From assembly GCA_022605425.2 (NCBI GenBank), contig JAKIMF020000001.1, forward strand, positions 992,001 through 1,056,000: a stretch of DNA of 64,000 nt, given 5' to 3'. Positions 12,005 to 21,737 of the stretch are shown here, piece after piece. Position numbers and translations under genes: made by a program. The stretch's first letter is position 1, and each line of letters opens with the position of its first letter. A model generated the notes under the pieces. That model worked only from the letters and a program-made list of their open reading frames with translations. It did no database searches and had not been told where the DNA came from. Source of the stretch: Hamiltosporidium tvaerminnensis FI-OER-3-3. Its lineage: Eukaryota; Fungi; Microsporidia.

Positions 12005-14398
12005 TTATGAGTTTGTAAAGATGTTTTGTTTGTATAAACCACACCCAAGCCAAATAGGAAGTGGCAGAAACCTATATATATTGAAATAAATAAGATTCAT
12101 ACCAATTAAACTTTCTAGCGACTCTTTATATTTTCCGGACTCTAAAAATATGCCTATTTCTAAAATTTTAAGCCGTTTAAAATTTAAAATAGAAAAAATC
12201 TCAAACTTTTCCAATTTTTCAGCAACGAGGTCAAGCTTTATTATGGTATTCTTAATATTCAGCTGGAGGATTTCATTTAAAATATCAAAACTAGAAAGTT
12301 TTTTTTGAATACTTAGTCTTAGATATTTTAATACTTTAAACTTAGAAAAAACAATGATGTCTTCTGTATATAAGCATCCTATGCTGTAAGTAAGTTCTTC
12401 TAAATTTTCTAAATTGAAGAAATATGAAAGCACACGTAATATACTAAAAGATGTTTTATTTCCAATTTCGAAATTGTTTTGATACCTAACACATTTTAAT
12501 AACGGTAGATTTTCTAAATTTTTCAGTTTCGAAATATTTAGTTTAGATATTCTATCCTCGATAAAATAATTTTTGTCATTCGAATCACCTAGTATGTGCA
12601 AGTTAAAGAAAAGGCATTTCAAATTTTTAAATTTGCTTAAAAATATAAAAAAATTACTATTTAGGGTATCAACGAGTTGAATTAACTTAATATAAATAAC
12701 AGATTCATTGTAAAAATTTGATATAATACCATCTTTTGTTATATCAAAAACTTTGAATTTAAAGAAAATCACAGAAGTCAAATGATTTGAATTAAGAATA
12801 ACCTTTAAAAGCTTATCAGTTAATTTTATGTTTTCAAAATATAACTTTTTCAAATTGTTAAAAGATTCTAAAAATTCGTAACAGTTTAAACAGTTATCTT
12901 TGACGTTTTTCAAATTTATTTTTAATCGCTTTATCAATTTATAGTTAAATATTTTGGAGAAATACGTCGAAGTATAATATTTTTTGTGTAAATTTAGATC
13001 AATCCCACATAAATAATTATAAAGATTATAAGTTGAAAATATTTCATACTTATTTTCTATATCTGATATTTCTAAGTCACTTGATAAATCTACAATTATA
13101 TTATCTTTTGTTCCCGATAAATAAATAGATGAGGCTTTGTAAAGTAGTGGTAAACTTCTACAGAAAAATAGTTTTAATACTTTTATTGATTTCAAAACCA
13201 CCGAATTCTCAATAAAAACCATATCTTCTTCGAAGTTAACAGTTAAGAATTCTAATGCAAGTTTTTCAACATTTTCAAAATATTGTAATTTTTCTAGAAA
13301 TAATTTAAATCTTAGGCCAATATTAATGATTTTTACGTTTTTTACGGTTTTAAAAAACCCAAGTTGGTGTAATTTATCAAATAAAGGTAGTTCTGCTTGT
13401 TTGATTGTTGCTGTAAAACTTATTAATATCTTTGGCAATAGAAGTAAAATTGTCTCTGAGTCTAACTCATTTTCATATACGCAGAAATTTGTGTATAACT
13501 TATCAATCAGGAAAATATTCATCATCATATTCCATTTATCCAAAGAATTTGCTTTTAATAAACGTTTATACAAATGACAAGCTACGAGATCAATACACAC
13601 AAAATTATCTTTGATTTTATGTTCCTTATGTTGTCTTAAAATGTGCGAAAATTCTATCGGATGATATTTATGAAACATTTTATATATATAGGTTTTGTTC
13701 ATCAAAATTAATTTCAAAAAACATTCAATCAAATCTCTAACCTGTAAATTATTGTATTCTTTATGATTTAAAATCAAAAAAGTGGCATCTTTTACAAAAT
13801 CCATATTTGAAATAACAGAATAATAAACCAAGGTTTTGATCAATATATTGTAATTTTTATTTCTCTTAACTCTAAAGATATTTAAATATTTAAGAATTTC
13901 AAAAAATATTTGAGGATCAATTTGCATTATAATATTATCATAATCTTGAAGTATTTTAATAAAGTATGCAAATATAGGAAAATCATTAGATTTCATGTAT
14001 ACAATAACTTCAACCTTATTCTGAAGAATTAATTTATCAAGAAAATCGAATGAAATTGTTATATCATTTGGATATAAAATTATAAGATCATTTTTCGAAT
14101 TCGAAGCAGCTAAAGGTGACTCAAGACATAATGAATCTTGAATTTTCATAAAAGAGCCTGTATTTACACATAAAAAGTACGTGTCACTATTTTTTTGCAT
14201 ATTAAACACTTCTTTTCCCGTGAGTTCTATAAATTTTACTTTTAGACAATATAGATGGTTCTGAAATAGGAAAATTGTAAGAATTATACGATTTATTTGC
14301 TTAGGAAAACAAAGGCAGAGTAAAATACCATTTAAATAATCCTTAACCTTTTCAAAATATTTTAAAAAGTCATTCACGGATTTTTTATCATCATACAT
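12005..14398 (-). CDS. Lineage-specific expanded-family protein with LRR-like C-terminal repeats
   Basis: ~800-aa ORF with LxxLxLxx periodicity (FNNLKKLYF, FKNLKCLFF, NLEELTY, VLKYLRL); first ATG at 14398, N-terminus may be frameshift-truncated. Confidence 0.75.
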   Translation of the reverse strand: MYDDKKSVNDFLKYFEKVKDYLNGILLCLCFPKQINRIILTIFLFQNHLYCLKVKFIELTGKEVFNMQKNSDTYFLCVNTGSFMKIQDSLCLESPLAASNSKNDLIILYPNDITISFDFLDKLILQNKVEVIVYMKSNDFPIFAYFIKILQDYDNIIMQIDPQIFFEILKYLNIFRVKRNKNYNILIKTLVYYSVISNMDFVKDATFLILNHKEYNNLQVRDLIECFLKLILMNKTYIYKMFHKYHPIEFSHILRQHKEHKIKDNFVCIDLVACHLYKRLLKANSLDKWNMMMNIFLIDKLYTNFCVYENELDSETILLLLPKILISFTATIKQAELPLFDKLHQLGFFKTVKNVKIINIGLRFKLFLEKLQYFENVEKLALEFLTVNFEEDMVFIENSVVLKSIKVLKLFFCRSLPLLYKASSIYLSGTKDNIIVDLSSDLEISDIENKYEIFSTYNLYNYLCGIDLNLHKKYYTSTYFSKIFNYKLIKRLKINLKNVKDNCLNCYEFLESFNNLKKLYFENIKLTDKLLKVILNSNHLTSVIFFKFKVFDITKDGIISNFYNESVIYIKLIQLVDTLNSNFFIFLSKFKNLKCLFFNLHILGDSNDKNYFIEDRISKLNISKLKNLENLPLLKCVRYQNNFEIGNKTSFSILRVLSYFFNLENLEELTYSIGCLYTEDIIVFSKFKVLKYLRLSIQKKLSSFDILNEILQLNIKNTIIKLDLVAEKLEKFEIFSILNFKRLKILEIGIFLESGKYKESLESLIGMNLIYFNIYRFLPLPIWLGCGLYKQNIFTNS

Positions 14399-15663
14399 TG
14401 CTCGAATAGAAATCACTTTTTTACGGGTACATAAATCTAATTAATATAAAAAACCCAGATGTTTTAATCTTTAAAATTGTTCTAGATTAAAATAAATATA
14501 TTTTTATCGGTACATAATTTATATAAATTCTACCTTGGATGTTACTTGTCATTTTTTACAATTTATTATATATCCTTTGCTATTTTATCTATTTTTCATG
14601 TACATCTACCATTTGAAATTTTGATCGATCTTCATCAGTTTGTATCGGTATAAATTATAATTTCGTTATTAAGAAGTCTAATATTTTTTCTTGTGCAAAA
14701 ATTTTTTCAAAGAGGGAAGCAGTTTTTTCACTGTTTCTTGTATGAAAATTCGTATGCCTCCGTTATTCTTTTATTTTGTCTTTAAAACATGTCTTTTCAT
14801 CGATAAAAGAAATTACCTGGTTGTCTTCTAAAGTAACATTGCTGTATATATCGCTCCTATTCTTATCGGGCATTGGAACGGCTGTAATTCAATGCGTATA
14901 ATTCAATAACATTCCCCATATCAGATGAGATTCAATCTAAGTATTTTTTATAAATAATAGTAAATTTATCGTCGAAAAAGTCTTATTCTTTTCAGTTTTT
15001 TTAATTCAACCTTTTGCAGGTGAGCCTAGAAGATATACCAACTTGGATAAGTTAAATATGAAGTATATTTACATAAAAACTAAATATATCACAAACGAAT
15101 CTGAACCCGGATATCATTTTTAACTATGGTGTTAAATCGAATTTTTACACACATTTTCGAGAATTTCTCAAACAAAATAACCAAAAATTAGGTTCAAAGA
15201 CTTGAAATATATTTATTTAAAAGAATAGATAAAGACGTGTGGTCTTTACCATTACAGTGAGCCACACTCCTTTGAATTTAAACTAGGTTTCTTACAACAA
15301 TGAAAATGCATTTGGATTGTCTGTAAGTTATACAAAAAAAAATTATGCGAATTTTTGGTTTATTTAAAAAATTTGGATTTCATTAGAGAATAAACTGTTA
15401 TTACTGGCTTTTATAATTTTTTTAAAAAAATTCTATAGTTTTAAACTATAGAGGTAAGGCAACGCTTCCTTTAATCGATTTTTAATTTTAGTTTCTACAA
15501 ACAAAGTGAGAGAACTCTATTTCGCACAAGTAAATAGTAGCACATGGTAGAAGGAACTACTGCACTTCGCTTGCAAATCGTAAAGTTATAACTGTGTACA
15601 TTAGAATTGTTGTAATTCTAATTGTTCAAATTTCAATTAAGATGCACTGTTTCACAATTTAAA

Positions 15664-16406
15664 ATTTTATTTTCTTTGTTTAAAAATATCATATCTTTTT
15701 TAAAACAGTGGCAAGTGTTACATTTGTTTTCATGGCATTAACGCAGTTCTAGGTTTAAAATAAATAACTGCTACCCCGACACTCCATCGGTAACCCCTGC
15801 GATACCTACGTCCCAAAGCCCTTCATCTACCAGGTGTGTAGAACCTAATTACTAGGCGAGGCTGTTGCCCGGAGTTCGTTAATGTCCGTTGCATGGAGTG
15901 TGATCGAAGACCGAAGCCCCCCCTGGGCTCCCCCAAGACTATGCAGCATTCCCACCTACTCTACACTTTCTGAACCCAATAAACTTCTAGCTAAGATATA
16001 TTTCAGAGATTTGAATTAGGTCCACCTAGACATTGCAATGTCATACCAACACGTATAACCTGTTACTTAGCTCTCCCGGCTTTTAATGGCTTTTATTTTT
16101 ATATCTCCCAGGCGCTAAGTCTTCTAACCCGAGTGAGCAAGGCTAGGTTTCCATGTTTTTACATGGCAATTACTTACATGTTCAGCTGCGGTCTGCAATC
16201 TGGTTACATAAAAAACTACAAATAAATTTGTAGAAAAAGTTTCTCCATTTCTTAGACCTCTTCTCCTCATAACAACTCCAATGGATCAACCGAAGTTCTA
16301 GTGTGGTTGTATTCCCACCAAAAATCCAAACAATGACCTCACACCCGTTTCACACACTCATTGCCAAGCAGAAGGTTTTTTATGTGGTTATCTTCCCTCC
16401 ACACCG
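15664..16406 (-). mobile_element. ~740-nt non-coding, hairpin-rich retroposon (SINE-like); best-preserved copy
   Basis: Perfect 18-bp TSD ACTGTTTCACAATTTAAA at 15646-15663 and 16407-16424; homologous copies elsewhere in the window; strand inferred from the A-rich end. Confidence 0.88.
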
Positions 16407-16494
16407 ACTGTTTCACAATTTAAATAATTTTTTTTTCATAATTTCTATTTTTCTTCGAATTTAGGTTGTCAAGAAATGGAGTTAGAATCCATCT

Positions 16495-17800
16495 CTAAAT
16501 TTGTAATATTTCCAGTAGAAAATTTTCCAATGATGAATTGCAAAATAGTTCATATGCATTGCAATTTCTGGTAGTATTAATTTCTCTCGTTTTGGCATCA
16601 ATTAAATCAAGCAAGAAAAGCTTTAAAAAGATACAATTTAAACTCAAGGTTTCTAAATTTATACCTCTCAAATAAATGAAGCCCAATTCACTAGCAATTA
16701 TCATATTCATGCGAACCACTGGACTGATATGTTAGTTTTATCTAAGTGGCTGTATATATCTGTTAAGTAAGCTAATCCCAGAATTTTGTCTTTACTCTCG
16801 AAATCTCTTACGCTATCACTTTTGACAGTCAGCAACTGAATAATTTATTATTTACTTCAAAAACTCGGATGAACATGCGAGCTGTAGAGAGACATCGTAT
16901 TTCGGTGGGATACAAAATAATGGTATGAAGACTGGCAATTTCTGCAAAAGTAAACAAAAAATTCAATGCTTTAGAAGCCCTCCATGGATATTTTTTAGGA
17001 ATTAATTCCAGCAATTAAATATTTTTTTAAAGTTTCAGACAAGTTTTCAAAGCAAGTGACATGGTGAAATAGCATACTATGTGTTATTGTAACTCTTGGT
17101 AATTCTTTTTTCAAGTGAAAAAAATCCAGAATATTGCCAAGCATTGCTGGACTCTCATTAGTGCATTTTAAGGCGATTACATTCCATAGTAATTGATATT
17201 CAAAAAAATCTTTATGTGACTAAAAATATCAATTATTTTTGGAATCAAATCCACTTCCCACAAAATTAAAATTCCTCTATTCTTTCATTTTCTTTTACAT
17301 ATCGCACAACTAACAGCAGCTAGCTGCAATTATCAATATTAGTTGACTCATCCATGTGGATACATATCTTTAGTGGACTTACTATTAATTCATCTATTAT
17401 CTGCAGTAAAATATCATAAATGAGATTCTACATCCTCAATCGAATTATGTCGTTTGATGACGAAATTTGCTTAATTATATTATTTGCTTCCGAATCTAAT
17501 ACTGTTTTAGTCATTTTAGATTTACAGGGGTTTATCAATTCCTAAGCAAACATGTGAAGTTTCTCTTCACACATAAATATGCTACTTGATAGAACGCCTC
17601 TAACAAAGGCTTTTGAATTACTGATTCGCATAAATTTGGGGATATTACCACCGGATCAGATCGAGCCGTTTTAGTCCTTAAGCTGTTTAGGCTATGAGTA
17701 CATTCAACACCATCCAGATTCTTAAAATACTTTTAGACCGATAGTGAACTGAAATTTAAATTTAAAAATATAATGAAATATAAAATTCATTAAGGTCTTT
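16495..17800 (-). pseudogene. Decayed coding-like region of unknown family
   Basis: Short same-strand ORF fragments with coding-like composition; no recognisable motif. Confidence 0.3.
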
Positions 17801-19109
17801 GCAACCTTTTTTTCTTATCCAAGCAAATCTATAACAGGCATAATTTCGTTTTATTGCTGTTTGTTGAGAATAGAGGAGTTCACTATAATCAATTTAATCA
17901 TTTAAAAATATAATAAAAATTTACAAAATATTATTTACAATAAATGGGAAAAAGACTTAAGACTGTATTATGAATATAGCTTTTGGGCTTATACTAATGA
18001 CTAAATATGAATGTATAAATTAGTAAGAAATTTCCACAATCGAAAGTTTAAATGTGCGTACGTTTTCCACTTAAGAAGAATTTTTGATGAGTTTCCGAAG
18101 ACGCACAATTGTAAACCCGAGACAGAGAGAAGGGTAGAGGCAGTCATCGCATCTAGTAATGTTTAGCTAGTTTTTCTATATTCCGCCGAGTAAAAATAAG
18201 CATGACTGTCTCCGTGTGTGTTTATTATCTTAGCCATTCAACGAAATATTTAAATCACATATTTTTTTTGCTTTATTCTTATTCTTATCAATTTGTATTT
18301 TGTTCCAGAAAACACATAATCATAATTTATGTAAGTCTTCAAGCTTTAGATAAGAGCTTCGCCTCCACCTTGATTAAGAACCACTAGTCTAAGTGGCCTC
18401 ATCTAAGTCACCGAGATATGGCTATAAATATGTCATTTAGATTTAAAAGGTTATGTTAAAAAGAAATTCAAATAGCCTGAAGGAAGCATAAAGTGAAATG
18501 ACTTTTAAATAAACTCTGAGTAATAGGTATTAATAAAACACTGTAACAGCTTGCTCATTAAATGAGATTTTTACTTCACGTATGAAAAGCTTTGGAATTT
18601 AAGTATTGCAGGATTACTGATTGTGTGTTAGGTATTAGTAATATATGTTGATCTCACAACTACCTTAATGGCATGAAATCGATAGAACACATGCTACTTT
18701 TCCAGAAGGAAGTGATATATCTAAAAAAAATAATGTCAAAATTTATGAATCAAACTTCTTATTTTTTTTTATTCAAAATCAGATTTTTTTTAATAACTCA
18801 TTTCTTTGTAGATTTAATGTTTAAAAAAACATATTTAACACCATAACTTCATACAAGTTAAGTAATCTGTAATTTAAATTGGGTTTTGATACTTTTGAAT
18901 ACATTAGTTCTTGTTCTATTAAAAGGTAGTAAAATCTAAAGAATGTTAAGTATCCAAAAATCTGGAAAAACGCAACCAATCATATTATTAAATATAAAAC
19001 CACATATTTTATGTCACAAAGGCAAATTTTAAAATCGCAAGGGGTATAACCTCAATCGAATATAATTTATTTATCCCAAATCAAATACCAAAAACGATTG
19101 AAATAAAAG

Positions 19110-19146
19110 AGATAAATTTTTTAACCCAGAATTCTATTAAATAAAA
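19110..19146 (+). mobile_element. Solo 3' terminus of the R4-clade LINE
   Basis: TTTTAACCCAGAATTCTATTAAATAAAA nearly identical to the LINE end at 25513-25540. Confidence 0.7.
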
Positions 19147-20074
19147 TAAGTTAAATTTGATCAAAAATATTTTATCATTTCCGTGATTCACTTCTTGAAA
19201 TGAGAGCATAAAAAAGAGGCACTGTCTTTTTTTTATAAAATATTTTTTTAACCATCTGTGTGATTTTCCAGTATACAGGTTAGACAAATCACTATGAGCA
19301 AAATCCTTGCCTTAACTTTATTCGAGAAATTCACTCTGTCTTTAAACAACTTTCCCGAACTTTATTCAGAAAATCCCATAAGTGGTTCAAACTTATATTA
19401 TCTATTCGAAAAAATAACATGAACACATATATTATTTTTAGAAATAAGAATATATTTACACAAAGAACAAATAATTTAGACTAAAATACGGCCGATATAT
19501 GCTGAATTTACGTGAAAATAATTTTAACATAATTAAGAGACAAATGTTGAAGAAAAAAAACCTCCTAAAAAGTAACATTTTAAAAGAGGATAATAAAAAA
19601 ATATTGTTCTCATTTTATTGATTCCAAAGCATTATGATTTCGAACGAATAAATATAGTTTTTATAAAAATAATTAATCTAATTTATACAATATTTATATT
19701 GCTTTACATAAGACAAATATTTATATTTCATGCTTTTCTATAGTTTAAAAAAATATTCCAAAAATTGTATATTTTTAACCTATAAGTAATTATGATCTCC
19801 TTATTTACTAAATATATTAGTAAATAGAAATTCGAATTCAAGGTAATATTTTGAGGTATAATACATATAATTTGTAGTTTTCCTAAAAAAATTTATTCTT
19901 GGACAAAAAAATGATAAATTAACTGAATTCTTCGGGTTTTTGTAAAAAAAACACGAATGAATTTTTTTCAAGAACAAATAGTTTTGTTTGATTTTATAAA
20001 AAGCTTTTTGAAGTTTCTTATCAAACAATGATTTGTTAGATAGAACAATATAAACAATTCTTTATTTGAAATTT

Positions 20075-20653
20075 ATGTTGAAAGAACATTTCATTTCGGT
20101 AATAATATTTTATTTATTTGCTGTCATTATAAAGTCTGGTTTGACTGGATTGTACTTCAATTCTTTTGGGGCAAATATACTTAATATTGTGTTTTTAATG
20201 AATATTCAAACAATTGATTGTGCCGCGAATCCCGCTCCTGCACAAACAAAAGCACCGGAGGAGCCAACCGGTCAAGGTACTGCGCAACCCCCTACAAAAG
20301 GTTCAGATCTACAAAAAAAAGACACAACAACCGAAGAGGAAGGTACACCCGAGACCAAAAAAGAGAATGATTCTTCTGATAAAGAACCAGAGGAAGATAA
20401 GAAGAAAGATGGAAAAGAGGGAGTTCCACCATCCGGAAATAAGTCAGCAGCGCAAAATGGAACAAATGGGGGTTATTCACCACCACCGACTGGAAATGGA
20501 AATGTTTTTTCAGGAAATGGACCAGTTGCTAAATTTATGTATGATGCAGCGCATGGAGGCAATAAAAAAACAAAAGCTTATCGAGGTGTTTTATTAGTCG
20601 GTGGGATAATTTTAGTAATTATTATCGTCGTACTTATTTGCTTCTTATTGTAA
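20075..20653 (+). CDS. Putative surface/membrane protein: hydrophobic N-terminus, P/T/E/K/G-rich disordered middle, C-terminal TM helix
   Basis: ORF 20066..20653 with first ATG at 20075; ends GVLLVGGIILVIIIVVLICFLL. Confidence 0.8.
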   Translation: MLKEHFISVIIFYLFAVIIKSGLTGLYFNSFGANILNIVFLMNIQTIDCAANPAPAQTKAPEEPTGQGTAQPPTKGSDLQKKDTTTEEEGTPETKKENDSSDKEPEEDKKKDGKEGVPPSGNKSAAQNGTNGGYSPPPTGNGNVFSGNGPVAKFMYDAAHGGNKKTKAYRGVLLVGGIILVIIIVVLICFLL

Positions 20654-20919
20654 AGTTCTTTTTTTATTTTTATAAATTTATTGATTTTAATTTATCAAAT
20701 AATTTTTTTGAAAATATTAATCTTTGAATTATTTTTTAAGTAAATTGAAATTGTTTATAACCATAAAAGGAAATATATTTTATTAATTATTTTCTTCAAA
20801 AATCGGGATTGTTTTTACTATTTCTAATAAAAAATTATGTGTACCTCACGTTTTACATTTTAAAGTTAAATTTCTCAAGAAAAAGAGCTTTTTTAGCACA
20901 AAATTTTTATATTCTCAAA

Positions 20920-21672
20920 TTAATTTGAATTTTTACTATTTTTTTTATAAATCGCTTTCAATTTATCTTCATCTCCATACAATATTTCAGAAAGAGATAT
21001 TCCATAATCAATCTTTTCAGTTTCATTGTATTTAAATTCCACCTCATTTTCACTAAAATATTCTAAAAACTTCAATCTTATTTTATTTATCAGTTTTTGA
21101 CAATCAAATCTATCCTCTGAATTTATTTTACTGGTATTTTTTATCTTCTTACTTAATTTTTTTATTTTTTCAAATATTTTTTCACGTTTTTTATCTTCAA
21201 AAAACACCAAATATTTTTTATATTTTTCTTTTAAATAAAACATTCTGTTCAATTTATCTACCAAACTATTTATCTTGACTTTCAGTTTTCTTTTATTGCC
21301 TTCTTCACTTTCCTTATGAAATTTCTTACTTTTTTTACTAACATTTTTATTTCCTTCTTTTTCTTTCTGTTCTGTTTTTATCTTATATTCGTTTAAATCC
21401 TCTTCCTGGTTCTCAGATATAATTTTAACCGCTTCATTTCGTATTTTTTGTCTTTTTTTATTTTCTAATAAATCTTCTTTCGAAATATTTCCATTTGAAT
21501 ATTTCCCTCCAAAATCTCTAGATACATCCTCATTTTCAGTTTCATTATATGGCTTTTTCCACAATTCTTTTTCAAAATATTCTTTTAAAAATCTTTCTTT
21601 TTCATTGTTTTTATCACTTTGATTTTCATCTAAATCATTCTTCTTCAAATTCATTTTTCTTTGGGCTTTCAT
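20920..21672 (-). CDS. Hypothetical K/E-rich protein
   Basis: 250-aa ORF; alternative CCC-preceded start at 21654. Confidence 0.7.
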   Translation of the reverse strand: MKAQRKMNLKKNDLDENQSDKNNEKERFLKEYFEKELWKKPYNETENEDVSRDFGGKYSNGNISKEDLLENKKRQKIRNEAVKIISENQEEDLNEYKIKTEQKEKEGNKNVSKKSKKFHKESEEGNKRKLKVKINSLVDKLNRMFYLKEKYKKYLVFFEDKKREKIFEKIKKLSKKIKNTSKINSEDRFDCQKLINKIRLKFLEYFSENEVEFKYNETEKIDYGISLSEILYGDEDKLKAIYKKNSKNSN

Positions 21673-21737
21673 AGAAATTGTAAAAAATCAGAAAAAGTTA
21701 ATCGTCTTTTAAAAGATATCATTTATAGTATTATAAG

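Noticed and set aside
15765-15845. Twister-like GTCCCAAAGCCC
   Set aside because: No closing P4 stem or downstream GAGGG pseudoknot partner
16250-16406. HDV-like ribozyme at the inferred 5' end of the ~740-nt element (GGUGUGG could pair with CCACACU, G1-U wobble; a CUAA downstream)
   Set aside because: L3 lacks the UCC/P1.1 pairing, P2 does not register, and the pairing is not kept in other copies
18060-18170. Possible Tc1 transposase C-terminus (RVEAVIAS)
   Set aside because: Too short; no DDE core or TIRs found
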